Assembly (NCBI GenBank): GCA_036676985.1
Contig: JAKFBU010000038.1
Location: 160,001-224,000 of the forward strand
Origin: Candidatus Sericytochromatia bacterium
Lineage (GTDB): Bacteria > Cyanobacteriota > Sericytochromatia > S15B-MN24 > UBA4093
Direction of reading: 5' to 3'
Length of the DNA: 64,000 nt
Positions 9,332 to 19,034 of this stretch are shown here, piece after piece. Positions within the stretch are counted from its first letter, which is position 1. Each line of letters opens with the position of its first letter. The translations under genes were made by a program, and so were the position numbers. The notes under the pieces were generated by a model. The model saw only the letters and a list, made by a program, of their open reading frames with translations, was not told where the DNA came from and searched no databases.

Positions 9332-10471
9332 TCACTGCAAGACCACCCCGATCTCGGGCGGAGCCGGCGTCGGCTCGGGCGGCATGGTCGGCAAGGGCGC
9401 CGGGGGCATCTCGTCCTGGATCGCGACCGCCTCCTGCTTGGCGGCCGACAGATCCACCTGCTTGGCGATCGCCTCGAACAGGTCCTCGGAGGCGTTCGGG
9501 TTGGCGGCGGCGTCGAAGCCCGCGATCCGGTCCACCAGCTGCCCGATGATGGCCGTCTGCAAGCCGAGCGATTGGCCCGTCGGGATCTGCGCCAGGTTCG
9601 TGCCGGCAGCCTCCTGCGTGAGCTGCTTGGCCTGGAACGTGAGCACGGCCGAGGCCGTGGCCGTGTCGTTGAGCAAGGAGTCGAAGGAAGGCGGAGCCGC
9701 GTAGATGCTGCTCTGGGCGAGCACGGCGCTCGCCTTGCGGACCGACTCCGCCGGCATGCCCTGGGTGATGGTCGCGAGACGCTGGCTCTTGATGCCCACG
9801 AAGCCCGTGCGCACGTCGAGTTTCTGGTAGGCCTCGGTCATGAGCGTGGCCGTGAAGGCCAGCAGGGTCGAGGCCGGCGTCAGGTCGAGCGCCTGCCGCT
9901 TGTCCTTGAGCGCGGCGAAGGTCGCCCCCAGGGGAGCCGCGAGGAAGCCCGCTGTGTCTCCACGGCCGTTCTTGAGAACGGTCTGCACGATGAAGGGGCG
10001 TTTGCTACCCTGGACGGTCATGCGCAGGGAGTAGCGGCCCTGGGGATCCGTCCGAGCGGTGGCCACTATGGCGCCCGTGACCGGATCGATGACCTGGATC
10101 TCGGCGTAGCGCACCGAGCCGTCGGCGTTCCACTCCGTCTGAGACACGGAGGGCCCGACGGCGAGCACGCGGAAGCCTGCCGCCTGCTGGAGCGGCGCCA
10201 CGGTGGTCAGGGGCGCCACGGTGGTGAGCGGAGCGACCGTTGTGAGGGGGGCCACCGTGGCGAGCGGAGCCACCGTCGTCAGGCTGCTGGGCAGCCGGAC
10301 CTCGCCCTCGAGGCTCAGGGCGCGGTTCGGTGCATCGGAGATGGCCTTGGGCTCGGGGCGCGTCGAGAGGGCCACGATACCCATGCCGTAGAGGCTGCAC
10401 CCCATGAGCGGAGCGCTCAGGGCCGTCGCGAGGACCCGCCTCAGCAATTTCGCCAAGCGTGCGCGGTCCAT
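9332..10471 (-). CDS. Cassette 1 gene D: lipoprotein with 5x TTVAPL repeats, LQQAAG motif and Pro-rich tail
   Basis: ATG at 10471; lipobox PLMGC; paralogous to 13582-14733 and 17946-19034 (GFLAAPLG, TGFxGxKSQRLA, TATASAV). Confidence 0.8.
   Translation of the reverse strand: MDRARLAKLLRRVLATALSAPLMGCSLYGMGIVALSTRPEPKAISDAPNRALSLEGEVRLPSSLTTVAPLATVAPLTTVAPLTTVAPLTTVAPLQQAAGFRVLAVGPSVSQTEWNADGSVRYAEIQVIDPVTGAIVATARTDPQGRYSLRMTVQGSKRPFIVQTVLKNGRGDTAGFLAAPLGATFAALKDKRQALDLTPASTLLAFTATLMTEAYQKLDVRTGFVGIKSQRLATITQGMPAESVRKASAVLAQSSIYAAPPSFDSLLNDTATASAVLTFQAKQLTQEAAGTNLAQIPTGQSLGLQTAIIGQLVDRIAGFDAAANPNASEDLFEAIAKQVDLSAAKQEAVAIQDEMPPAPLPTMPPEPTPAPPEIGVVLQ
10190..10279 (-). repeat. Five 18-bp coding repeats (TTVAPL/ATVAPL)
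   Basis: Direct translation; units differ mainly at synonymous positions. Confidence 0.9.
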
Positions 10472-10473
10472 GG

Positions 10474-11226
10474 CTACCACCCCTGGAGCGAGAGCGACAG
10501 CACCGCGCCGTGGCTCTCGCGGGCATAGCCCGCGCCGATCGTTCGCTCGTACACGTAGAAGAGGCTCACGCGCCGATCCCAGATCGTCACGCCCGGCGAG
10601 GCCCAGATCGCCAGCTGGGGCGAGAGCCCGAGGCGTCCGTCCCCGGAGTTGGTGGTCGCGAAGGACTGTCCCTCGCAGTCGAGGGCCAGCCAAAGCGGAC
10701 CCCAGAAAGGCCGCCGGTAGCGCATGAGCACGGTGGGCCCATGCTGGTCGATCCACGGGTTGAAGAGGTAGGAGGGCTCGGAGTAGGGAAAGCGGGCCGA
10801 GTGGGAGACGTCGATGTGCTGGTAGCCGTATCCGGCGCCCAGCCCGCACTCGCCTCCAAGCACGTTGGCCTGCATCAGGTAGCCAAGGGTGGCGCGGGTC
10901 TCGGCCCGGCGGTGGGTCGTGCCCGGAAAGTCCGGGTCGTCGAACTGGTAGCCCGTGAACCCCACCCGCATCCAGAGCCGGTCCCAGCGGCTGAGGGCCA
11001 CGCTGCCGCGCACCTGGAAGCCGTCGACCCAGGGCACCTGGAGGCTAGTCTCCTCGGGCTGGTACACCTCGGTGAGCACCCCCTTGCCGTAGGTGACGAC
11101 CAGGTCGCTCGGCAGCGGCAGATCGAGCTCGGCGGCCTGCGCTGGAGCCGCCGCCCAGGCCAGCAGGCCCGCCGCGAGGGCGAGGTGGGGGCGGATCGGC
11201 CGGCCTTCGCAACGCATGCCGCTCAT
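10474..11226 (-). CDS. Cassette 1 gene C: predicted outer-membrane beta-barrel protein
   Basis: Sec signal (APAQA), alternating hydrophobic strands, C-terminal W; paralogous to 14735-15463 and 19405-20544; ATGA overlap with the upstream gene. Confidence 0.65.
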   Translation of the reverse strand: MSGMRCEGRPIRPHLALAAGLLAWAAAPAQAAELDLPLPSDLVVTYGKGVLTEVYQPEETSLQVPWVDGFQVRGSVALSRWDRLWMRVGFTGYQFDDPDFPGTTHRRAETRATLGYLMQANVLGGECGLGAGYGYQHIDVSHSARFPYSEPSYLFNPWIDQHGPTVLMRYRRPFWGPLWLALDCEGQSFATTNSGDGRLGLSPQLAIWASPGVTIWDRRVSLFYVYERTIGAGYARESHGAVLSLSLQGW

Positions 11227-12578
11227 GGCGCGATGTGCACGCGGACGCGCTGGTTGCCGAAGTCCGCGAGGTACAGCCGATCCCCCGCGGCGCGCGCAGC
11301 GATGCCGAACAAGGCGCCGAACTGGGCCGTGCCCGCGGCCCCGTCCTGCATGGTCGAGTTGCCGTTGCCCGCGAGCGTGCTCACGACGTTGGATCCAGCC
11401 TGGATCCGGCGCACGCGGTAGTTGAAGGTGTCGGCGACGTAGATGTTGTCGGCGCCGTCCACGCAGACCGCCCGCGGCTGATTGAACTGGGCCGACGAGG
11501 CAGACGACCCGTCTCCCGCGAAGCCTGGCACCCCGTTGCCCCCAAGGGTAGTCACGGTGCCCCCGGAGCTGATCTTGAGGATCCGGCTGTCGGTGTAGTT
11601 AGCGACGATCAGGTTGCCGGACGAATCGAGCGCCACGCCGCTCGGGCCGGAGAGACCCGAGCTCGCGAAGGTGGTGACCTGGCCGACGCTCGAGATCTTG
11701 CGGATGAGGTTGTTGCCGAAGTCGGCCACGAAGAGGTCGCCAGCGCCGTTGACCGCGATCCCCCAGGGCTGGTTGAAGGAAGCCAGGGTGGCGTTGGTGT
11801 GGTTGGTCGCTCCGGGCGAGCCGGTGCCGGCGACGGTCGTCACGGTGCCGCCGGCGGCGATCTTGCGGATCCGGTGGTTCTGGGTGTCGGCCACGAACAG
11901 GTTGCCGGCGGTATCGCGCGCCACGCCACTCGGGGCGTTGAACGAGGCTCCGGTTCCCGTGCCGTCGGCGAAGCTAGGCGCGCCCGACCCCGCGATCGTG
12001 GTGACGGAACCCTGGGGCGTGATCTTGCGGATCCGGTGGTTGCTGGCATCGGCGACGATGACGTTGCCGACGCCATCCAAGGTCAGGCCTCGGAGGCCGT
12101 TGAAGCGTGCGACGCCCCCCACGCCGTCGACGAAGCCGCTCGTATTGCCGCCCGCCAATGTCGCGATCTGGTTGATCCATGGGGTCATGGTCACGGTAAC
12201 GGTGTTGACGCCCGCAGCCAGCGTGACCGGGGCCGAGCCGGTCGCCATGACGACACCCTGGGCCGTGGCCTCGATCGAGACGGTCGCGGGGCCCGTCGGC
12301 AGGTTGAAGGTCGGAGTCACGGTGGCGGCGTCCGTCGCCAGGGAGGTCGTCGCCGGGACCTTGAGCCTACCGGACGACACGGTCACCGATACCTGGTTCC
12401 AGAAGTCGGGAAGCGTCTGGACGCTCCGCGGCATGACGAGGGTCAGCCTCAGACGCGCCTGGAACAAGTTTAGCGAGCCGAGCGAGGGCTCGGGTGCCGA
12501 AGCAAGCGGGGAAGGGGCCAGCGACTGGCAACCCGACAGGGCTGCCAGCGTGCAGACGAGGATCGCCCGGCCCCGCAT
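11223..12578 (-). CDS. Cassette 1 gene B: NHL-repeat (beta-propeller) lipoprotein
   Basis: Lipobox ALSGC; repeated FNxPxG(I/V)A...(L/I)(F/Y)VADxxNHRIRKI units. Confidence 0.88.
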   Translation of the reverse strand: MRGRAILVCTLAALSGCQSLAPSPLASAPEPSLGSLNLFQARLRLTLVMPRSVQTLPDFWNQVSVTVSSGRLKVPATTSLATDAATVTPTFNLPTGPATVSIEATAQGVVMATGSAPVTLAAGVNTVTVTMTPWINQIATLAGGNTSGFVDGVGGVARFNGLRGLTLDGVGNVIVADASNHRIRKITPQGSVTTIAGSGAPSFADGTGTGASFNAPSGVARDTAGNLFVADTQNHRIRKIAAGGTVTTVAGTGSPGATNHTNATLASFNQPWGIAVNGAGDLFVADFGNNLIRKISSVGQVTTFASSGLSGPSGVALDSSGNLIVANYTDSRILKISSGGTVTTLGGNGVPGFAGDGSSASSAQFNQPRAVCVDGADNIYVADTFNYRVRRIQAGSNVVSTLAGNGNSTMQDGAAGTAQFGALFGIAARAAGDRLYLADFGNQRVRVHIAP

Positions 12579-12590
12579 TGCGCCCCGGTC

Positions 12591-13481
12591 CTAGTTCATC
12601 GTGACGGTGCCGATGGAGGCCGTGGCCTCGATGGACACGTTGCGGACGCGGCGTGACAAGAGATAGCTGCCGCTCGACGTGTTGAAGGCGTCGACGACCA
12701 ACTTGTAGTTCTGGGAGGAGGCGACGTAGGGCAGCGTGATGCTGGGCACCACCGTCGAGGGGCTCGCGATGTTGCCGACGCTGATGCTCGCACCGGGAAT
12801 GACTGCGTCGGCGAGGTCCGTCAGGTAAACGTTCACCTGGTTCACGCCCGGGTTGTTCGCGTTGTTGACGAGCGTGTTGACGATGGCCGAGTCGCCGGAC
12901 ATCAGGACGGGGGTGGCGTGGTTGATGTGGATGGTCGGACTTTCGATGATGAAGTCCCCCACGGCGTTGATCTTGACGGTGACGGACTTGTTCTCGCCGG
13001 GGTTGATCGTGATGTTGTTGGTGGCGCCCTCGCCCACCTTGTTGGCGAGCACCGTGTAGCCCGTGTCCGCCGCGTTGGCGGGCGTGCCGATGTTCCGGTA
13101 CAGGCCGACCGACAGGGCGTAGTTGCCGCCCGGATCGGCCGGGATGGCGGGGAACACGGTCGTATAGGTCGAGGTGCCGCCGCCGAGGCTGTTGACGGCG
13201 GTCGCGAGGCTCGCCTTGAGCTTGACGCTGTTGCTCAGCCTGAAGTACACGGCGTTGAAGCTGTCCGCGTCCGCGAAATTCTGGACCCGGCGCGGTCGCT
13301 GGTCGATGATGCGGATCGAAAGGGCGCCGGCGCCGCCGGCCTTGGCGAACATGTTGATCGGACCGGTTGCCTTGGGGGCGTCCAGGACGCGCTGGGAGAG
13401 TTGGGGCGCTGTGCAGCCTACCAGCAGGATCAAGGTGATGGCGGATAGTCCGGGGGTCAAGGCGGCGATCGATTGTCGCAT
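12591..13481 (-). CDS. Cassette 1 gene A: beta-rich lipoprotein of unknown function
   Basis: Lipobox LLVGC; GGAGG RBS; paralogous to 16860-17843 and 21992-22852 (G[EQ]G...[IV]N[AST]VG). Confidence 0.8.
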   Translation of the reverse strand: MRQSIAALTPGLSAITLILLVGCTAPQLSQRVLDAPKATGPINMFAKAGGAGALSIRIIDQRPRRVQNFADADSFNAVYFRLSNSVKLKASLATAVNSLGGGTSTYTTVFPAIPADPGGNYALSVGLYRNIGTPANAADTGYTVLANKVGEGATNNITINPGENKSVTVKINAVGDFIIESPTIHINHATPVLMSGDSAIVNTLVNNANNPGVNQVNVYLTDLADAVIPGASISVGNIASPSTVVPSITLPYVASSQNYKLVVDAFNTSSGSYLLSRRVRNVSIEATASIGTVTMN

Positions 13482-13524
13482 GGGGCCTCCTGTGAACGAA
13501 GCAGCGTCAACGGCTAGGAGGTAA

Positions 13525-13549
13525 ATACCCCGCTTGGAAGCTTACGAAC
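13525..13549 (-). promoter_or_regulatory. Putative SigB/SigF-type promoter of cassette 1
   Basis: GTTCGT-N13-GGGTAT upstream of gene A. Confidence 0.4.
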
Positions 13550-13581
13550 CGGTGTGCGCAGGATTTCTTTCAGATTGCACG

Positions 13582-14733
13582 TTACTCGAGCGTGATGCCG
13601 ACCTTGGGCGGCGGGGCCGGGGTGGGCTCGGGGGGCAGCGTCGGCAGCGGCTCGGCGGGCGCCTGCTGGGTGATGGCCGAGGCCGCCTGCTTGATGGCCG
13701 CGAGGTCCAGCTGGTTGGCCATGGCCTCGAAGAGGTTCGCGGACGCCGTGGCGTCCTGGCTCGGGTCGAAGTCGGCGAGCTTCGCGACCATCTGGCTGAT
13801 GACGGCCGTCTGGAGACCGAGGGCCGTGCCGGCGTCCACCTGGCCGAGCGAGGTGCCCGCGGCCTTCTGGGCCACGGTCTTGACCTGATTGGTCAGGACC
13901 GCCGAGGCCGTCGCCGTCTCGCCCATGAGGCGCTCCAGGCTGGGGGGCTCGGAGAGGGCCGAGCTCTGGTCGAGCAGGAGCGAGGCCTTCTTGACCTGGC
14001 TCGGGGGCAGCTCCTGGGCGATGGTGGCGAGACGCTGGCTCTTGAGGCCTGCAAACCCCGTGCGCACGTCGAACGTCTGGTAGGCCTCGGTCATGAGCGT
14101 CGAGGCGAACGCCACCAGCGTGCTGCCGGGCGTCACGTCGAGGCCCTGCTTCTTGTCCTTGACCGAGGCCATGGCTGCACCCAAGGGGGCTGCGAGGAAG
14201 CCCGCGGTCTCTCCGCTCGCGTTCTTGAGGATGGTCTGCAGCACGAAGCCCTGCCGGGACCCGCGCATCGTGAGCCGGAGGGTGTAGCGGCCCGCGGCAT
14301 CGGTCTTGACCGTCTCCTTGACCTCACCCGTCAAGGGGTCGATGAGCTGGATCTCGGCGTACCGGATGGTGCCGTCCGGGTTCCAGTCGGTCTGACCCGC
14401 CGTGCCGCCGATGGCAAGCGTGCGATAGCCCGCCGCCTGCTGCAGGGGGGCGACGGTCGTGAGCGGCGCCACCGTGGTCAGGGGCGCGACGGTCGTGAGC
14501 GGGGCGACGGTCGTCAGCGGCGCCACGGTCGTCAAGGGGGCGACGGTGGTCAGGGTGGCGGGCACCTTGACCGCGCCCTCGACGCTCATGGCCCGATACG
14601 CCGGCTCGCCGAGCCCGGCGCCCGAGCCCGAGGCGCCCAGGCTCACGCCCAGCCCGTATAGGCTACAGCCGGCGAGGGGGGCCATCGTGGCCAGGATGAG
14701 CGCGGTGCGCAGGGCCCGCCGGGTGTTTCTCAA
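13582..14733 (-). CDS. Cassette 2 gene D: lipoprotein with 6x TTVAPL repeats and LQQAAG motif
   Basis: TTG start 1 nt after the upstream stop; lipobox PLAGC; clearly similar to 9332-10471. Confidence 0.82.
   Translation of the reverse strand: MRNTRRALRTALILATMAPLAGCSLYGLGVSLGASGSGAGLGEPAYRAMSVEGAVKVPATLTTVAPLTTVAPLTTVAPLTTVAPLTTVAPLTTVAPLQQAAGYRTLAIGGTAGQTDWNPDGTIRYAEIQLIDPLTGEVKETVKTDAAGRYTLRLTMRGSRQGFVLQTILKNASGETAGFLAAPLGAAMASVKDKKQGLDVTPGSTLVAFASTLMTEAYQTFDVRTGFAGLKSQRLATIAQELPPSQVKKASLLLDQSSALSEPPSLERLMGETATASAVLTNQVKTVAQKAAGTSLGQVDAGTALGLQTAVISQMVAKLADFDPSQDATASANLFEAMANQLDLAAIKQAASAITQQAPAEPLPTLPPEPTPAPPPKVGITLE
14443..14550 (-). repeat. Six 18-bp coding repeats (TTVAPL)
   Basis: Direct translation; the peptide is invariant while codons vary. 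Confidence 0.9.
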
Positions 14734-14734
14734 G

Positions 14735-15463
14735 CTAGAACCCGACCATGGAGACCGAGGCGATGGCCCCCGACGTCTCGCGGTTGAAGCCGCCGCCCAC
14801 GGCCCGTTCGTAAAAGTAGCCGATGGAGGCCCGGTCGTTCCAGAGCGTGAAGCGAGGCGCCACCCGGAAGGTCACGAGCCACGGCAGGGAGAGCCGCTGG
14901 TCCCCGAAGTTGCTGAAGGCGTAGGGAGAGGCCTCGGCGTCGATGGCCAGGCCGAACGGGCCCGCGATTGGCATCCGGTAGCCGCAGAGGAGGGTGAAGC
15001 CGTGGTGTGCCTGCCAGGGAGCGAACAAGAAGGCCGGATCGTTGCCGGGTGCCTTCGCTGAGCTGTCGATGGTCAGGGCCTGCACGCCGTAACCGAGGCC
15101 GTAGCTCAGCTGACCGGCGAGAAAGCCCATGCGCTGGAGGTTGGCCACCAGCACGCCGGTCTCGCTGCGCTGGTGGATGGTGCCCGGGAAGTCCTGGTCG
15201 GCGAGCTGGTAGCTGCCGCGCGTCACGCGCAGGAAGAACTGGTTCTCGTCGTCGTAGCGCCAGCGCCAGTCGAGCACGTAGCGTTCGACGCCGGTCGCGC
15301 GGGAGTCGAGGCTCTCGGGGGCGTAGGTCTCGGCGAAGCCCCCCCGCGTCAGGCCGAACAGCAAATCGCTCGGCGCCTTGAGGGCCGGGGCCGCATGGGC
15401 CGACGGCGCCAGGGCCGAGACGGCCAGGGCGATGAGCGGCAAGCTTGAGGCGAAGCGACGCAC
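14735..15463 (-). CDS. Cassette 2 gene C: predicted outer-membrane beta-barrel protein
   Basis: GTG at 15463 after AGGAG; signal peptide (PSAHA); DQDFPGTIHQR and YFYERAVG motifs; C-terminal F. The track ORF's extension to 15916 is a shadow. Confidence 0.68.
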   Translation of the reverse strand: MRRFASSLPLIALAVSALAPSAHAAPALKAPSDLLFGLTRGGFAETYAPESLDSRATGVERYVLDWRWRYDDENQFFLRVTRGSYQLADQDFPGTIHQRSETGVLVANLQRMGFLAGQLSYGLGYGVQALTIDSSAKAPGNDPAFLFAPWQAHHGFTLLCGYRMPIAGPFGLAIDAEASPYAFSNFGDQRLSLPWLVTFRVAPRFTLWNDRASIGYFYERAVGGGFNRETSGAIASVSMVGF

Positions 15464-15473
15464 GGTAAGGCTC

Positions 15474-16856
15474 CTAAAAGGTCGGTTGCGGGCGGTAGAC
15501 CCGGATGCAGTGGTTCCGGGTGTCCGAGAGGTAGAGGCGATCGCCGCGGACGGCGATGCCGCCGGGGTAATTGAAGCGGGCGTTCGCAGGGCTGCCGTCG
15601 ACGTAGCCCGCGGTGGTGCTGAACTTGGTGCCGACCATCCCTGCGGCCGTGATGGTGCGGAGCGTGTTGTTGCCGCTGTCGCCCACCAGGAGGTCGCCCA
15701 GGGCGTCGAACGCCATGCCGCCGAAGTAGTTGAACTGGGCCGCGGTGCCCAGACCGTCCTGGTAGCCGAACGACGACCCCGCGAAGGTCGTGACGGTCGA
15801 GCCGACCGTGATCTTGCGGATCCGGCGGCTGAAGATGTCCGCGACGAACAGCTCGCCGAGACCGTTGATGGCGAGTTTCCGGGGGCCGTTGAACAGCGCG
15901 GAACTCGTGGTGCCATCCTGGTTCCCGCCCGTTTCCTGTCCGGCGAAGACCGTGACCGCTCCGGCTCGGGTCATGCGGCGGATGCGGTTGTTGGTCATGT
16001 CGGCGATGTAGAGGTCGCCGTTGGCAGCCAAGGCCAGCCCGGACGGGTTGTTGAAGAGGGCGCCGGGACCCGTGCCGTCGCTGAAACCCGCGACGCTCGG
16101 AGAGCCCGCGGGCGTCGTGACGTTGCCGGTGGCCAGGTCGATGCGCCGGATGGCGTGGTTCGAGGCGTCGGCGACGTACAGGCTGTTGATTGCCGCGTCG
16201 TAGACGAGGTCCTGCGGATAGGTGAAGCGCGCGGCCGCCCCCACGCCGTCCGAGAAGCCGAAGGCGCCGTTGCCCGCCAGCGTCGTGACGGTGCCGTCCG
16301 GCGTCACCTTGCGGATGGAGTGGTTGCCGTAGTCCGCGACGTACAGGTTGCCGATGTCGTCGAAGGCGAGCCCGTTGGGCTCGTTGAAGCGCGCCGCCGC
16401 GCCGAGGCCGTTGGCGAAGCCGCTGGTGCCGTTGCCGGCGAGCGTCATGACCAGGTCGTCGCCGGGCGTGAGGCTGATGCCCAGGGCGTTCGGTCCGGGC
16501 ATGAGCGTGGCGGTCGCCGTGCCGCTCGCCACCGGAAGGCCGCGGGCGCGGACCTGCACCGAGATGGTGGCGGGGCCGGGCGGCACCAGGAACTCGACCT
16601 GCAGGCTGGAGGTCGCCGTCGCGACGCTCCGGGTCTGGGGCGCGCGCAGCTTGGCGGACTCCACCGTGACGTCCGCCTGGTCCCAGAAGTCCGGCAGGAG
16701 CTGGACCCGGCGCGGCGCCTCCACGCCCACCCGGAGGGTGGCCTGGTAGAGGTCCACGCCCCGGGCGGCCCGGTGCTCAGGGTCGAGGGCTGCGGGCTGC
16801 GCAGCGGCGCAGCCCGCCAGGAGCAGCGCGACGAAGGCGAGGGCTGGGCGCCGCAT
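15474..16856 (-). CDS. Cassette 2 gene B: NHL-repeat lipoprotein
   Basis: Lipobox LLAGC; NHL units such as FNEPNGLAFD...LYVADYGNHSIRKV. Confidence 0.88.
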   Translation of the reverse strand: MRRPALAFVALLLAGCAAAQPAALDPEHRAARGVDLYQATLRVGVEAPRRVQLLPDFWDQADVTVESAKLRAPQTRSVATATSSLQVEFLVPPGPATISVQVRARGLPVASGTATATLMPGPNALGISLTPGDDLVMTLAGNGTSGFANGLGAAARFNEPNGLAFDDIGNLYVADYGNHSIRKVTPDGTVTTLAGNGAFGFSDGVGAAARFTYPQDLVYDAAINSLYVADASNHAIRRIDLATGNVTTPAGSPSVAGFSDGTGPGALFNNPSGLALAANGDLYIADMTNNRIRRMTRAGAVTVFAGQETGGNQDGTTSSALFNGPRKLAINGLGELFVADIFSRRIRKITVGSTVTTFAGSSFGYQDGLGTAAQFNYFGGMAFDALGDLLVGDSGNNTLRTITAAGMVGTKFSTTAGYVDGSPANARFNYPGGIAVRGDRLYLSDTRNHCIRVYRPQPTF

Positions 16857-16859
16857 CGG

Positions 16860-17843
16860 CTAGGGGTGCTCCGACCCCACGGAGAGAATCGCGGGACCCG
16901 TCCGGACGCGCGCGGGTCTTGCCGCCGGGGCCACGTAGGCCGCGGCCGAGGGGGACGGCAGCGGGTTCAGGTCCACGCCCAGACCCGCGCCGCGCAGCAC
17001 CAGGATGTTGCGGGTCTTGGTGGCGATGACCTCGTCGCTGGCGTTGAGCCCCACGACCGTCACGCGCTGGATGGCCTCGTTGGTGCCCGCGGGCAAGGCC
17101 GGCAAAGTCAGGATCTGCTGGGGGCTCGTGGCGGACACCGAGCTCGTGGCGAGCAGGAGGGTACCGCTGAGCGAGCGGAGCTCGGTGTAGTACTTGTCGA
17201 AGCGCTGGGAGGCGGGCACGTCGGCGGGGGTGTTCGGGAAGTTGGGCGAAACCTCCACCGCGGAGTCCGCGAGCAGCTCGGGGTAGCCGAGCGAGGCGCT
17301 TGCCAGGAGCGAGGTGCCGATGCCCGTGATGTAGTCCGCGTTGTAGAAGGAGATGGTGCCGACCGTGTTCACGTAGATCGAGACGGTGGCGACGCTGCCG
17401 GGCAGCACGCTGATGCTCTCCGAGGCGCCCTGGCCGAGCACGATCGACTGGCTCGCGATGGTGACCATGAGCTGGTAGTCGCTCGCCGGAGGCAGCTGGC
17501 CGAGTGCGTCGGTGGCATAGGTGCTTTGACGTGCGGCCGTGAAGCCGGGATTGCCGAAGGCGATGCTCGCCGAGCGGGCGGCACGAAGCTTGCTCGAGCT
17601 GAGGCGCAGGCGCACCTCGTCCCAATCGTCGGCGAGGCCCAGGGCCTGCGTGCTGCGTCCTTCGCGCCGGTCGATGACCTGCAGGGCGATCTGGCCCAGG
17701 CCGTCCGGCCGCTCGAACAGGGTCACCTTGCCGGTCCGCTCGGCCGGTACGGAAGCGACCTCGGGCGGCTGGACGCAGCCCGCCATGATCACGAGCGAGG
17801 CGGCGATCGCCGAAAGCCCCATCCAGGCACGCGTCACACGCAT
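16860..17843 (-). CDS. Cassette 2 gene A: beta-rich lipoprotein
   Basis: ATG at 17843 after GAGAGG; lipobox IMAGC; VRLRLSSSKL and VSIYVNTVG align with the paralogs. Confidence 0.78.
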   Translation of the reverse strand: MRVTRAWMGLSAIAASLVIMAGCVQPPEVASVPAERTGKVTLFERPDGLGQIALQVIDRREGRSTQALGLADDWDEVRLRLSSSKLRAARSASIAFGNPGFTAARQSTYATDALGQLPPASDYQLMVTIASQSIVLGQGASESISVLPGSVATVSIYVNTVGTISFYNADYITGIGTSLLASASLGYPELLADSAVEVSPNFPNTPADVPASQRFDKYYTELRSLSGTLLLATSSVSATSPQQILTLPALPAGTNEAIQRVTVVGLNASDEVIATKTRNILVLRGAGLGVDLNPLPSPSAAAYVAPAARPARVRTGPAILSVGSEHP

Positions 17844-17945
17844 GACATCAACCTCTTCACGACAACAGGGATCCATGACCTCCATACCCACGCTTGGCGG
17901 GTTCCATGCCCGCCGCTGGGTGAAGAATCTTGTCGTTGCGCGGAA

Positions 17946-19034
17946 TTAGTTGAAGGTCACGTCCAACCCGTCGGCGGGCGTCGGCGACGGCAGGGGCGGC
18001 AGCACGGGCAGGGAGCCCCCGATGGAGTCGCCCTCGCTCTTGGCGAGCGGCAGGTCCACCTGCTGGGCGATGGCCTCGAAGAAGCTCTGGGTCGAGCCGA
18101 CCACGGGCGGCGAGGTCAGCGTCGAGAGGCGCTCGATCATCTGGCCCAGGAGGGCCGCGTTCAGCCCCGGGGCCTCCGCTGCGAGGCTGTCGGTGGCGAG
18201 CGCCTCCATGGCGAGCTTCCTGACCTGGAAGGTCATGACCGCCGAGGCGGTGGCGGTGTCGCTCGTCAGCCCGTCGAAGGTCGTGGCCTGGTTCAACGTC
18301 CGGCTCTGGTCCAGGAGGGAGGCGGCCGACTGCAGCTTGGCGGGCGGGATGGTGCTCACCATGGCGGCCAGTCGCTGGCTCTTGATGCCGACGAAGCCCG
18401 TGCGCAGGTCGAAGGTGGGATAGGCCTCCGTCAGGAGCACGCTCGAGAAGGCGACCATGGTCGTGCCGGGCGTAAGGTCCACCCGGGCACGCTTGCCGCC
18501 GACCGTCGAGACGTCGACGCCCAATGGAGCGGCCAGGAAGCCCACCACCTGGTTCAGCTGGTTGCGCAGGACGGTCTGGGCGATGTAGGGGCGCTCGGTG
18601 CCCTTGAAGACGAGGCGGGCGGAGTACTGACCCGTCGGATCGGTGGAGGCCGTGGCCGCCACCTCGCCCGTCGTCACGTCCACGAACTGGATTTGGGCCT
18701 CGCGCACGGTCCCCGGTCCGAAGCCCAGGGCCTGCGTCTGCCGCAGGCTGGTGGTGCCGTAGACGTGCACGCCGGCCATGGGCGCCACGGCCATGAGGGG
18801 CGAGAGCGAGGTCAGCGCCGGCAGCTCATGCAGGGCTCGGCCCGTGGTCAAGGTCTGGGGCAGCCGGATCTGGCCCTCGACGTTGAAGATGCGGTCGGTG
18901 GCCACGTCGCTGACCGACTGGCCATTACCGGTCAGGCCGCCGAGCGCACTGGTGAAGCCGTAGACGCTGCACCCCGCGAGGGGGACGACGGTCGCGAGGA
19001 ACAGGGAGAGGCGGAGCGTCGTGCGTCGGGTCAT
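17946..19034 (-). CDS. Cassette 3 gene D: lipoprotein with degenerate repeat segment
   Basis: ATG at 19034; lipobox PLAGC; GFLAAPLG, TGFVGIKSQRLA, DTATASAV conserved; repeat tract replaced by LTTGRALHELPALTSLSPLMAVAPM. Confidence 0.8.
   Translation of the reverse strand: MTRRTTLRLSLFLATVVPLAGCSVYGFTSALGGLTGNGQSVSDVATDRIFNVEGQIRLPQTLTTGRALHELPALTSLSPLMAVAPMAGVHVYGTTSLRQTQALGFGPGTVREAQIQFVDVTTGEVAATASTDPTGQYSARLVFKGTERPYIAQTVLRNQLNQVVGFLAAPLGVDVSTVGGKRARVDLTPGTTMVAFSSVLLTEAYPTFDLRTGFVGIKSQRLAAMVSTIPPAKLQSAASLLDQSRTLNQATTFDGLTSDTATASAVMTFQVRKLAMEALATDSLAAEAPGLNAALLGQMIERLSTLTSPPVVGSTQSFFEAIAQQVDLPLAKSEGDSIGGSLPVLPPLPSPTPADGLDVTFN

Noticed and set aside
5777-10471. NLR-amyloid (BASS-type) signalling pair made of the STAND protein and the adjacent repeat protein
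   Set aside because: The STAND N-terminus is a zinc ribbon plus cyclase with no TTVAPL/LQQAAG copy, and the repeat protein is a predicted exported lipoprotein in a different compartment.
14443-14550. 18-bp tandem repeats (also 10190-10279) as a CRISPR array or phase-variation tract
   Set aside because: No spacers and no cas genes; units are in-frame and vary synonymously, so they cannot frameshift the gene.
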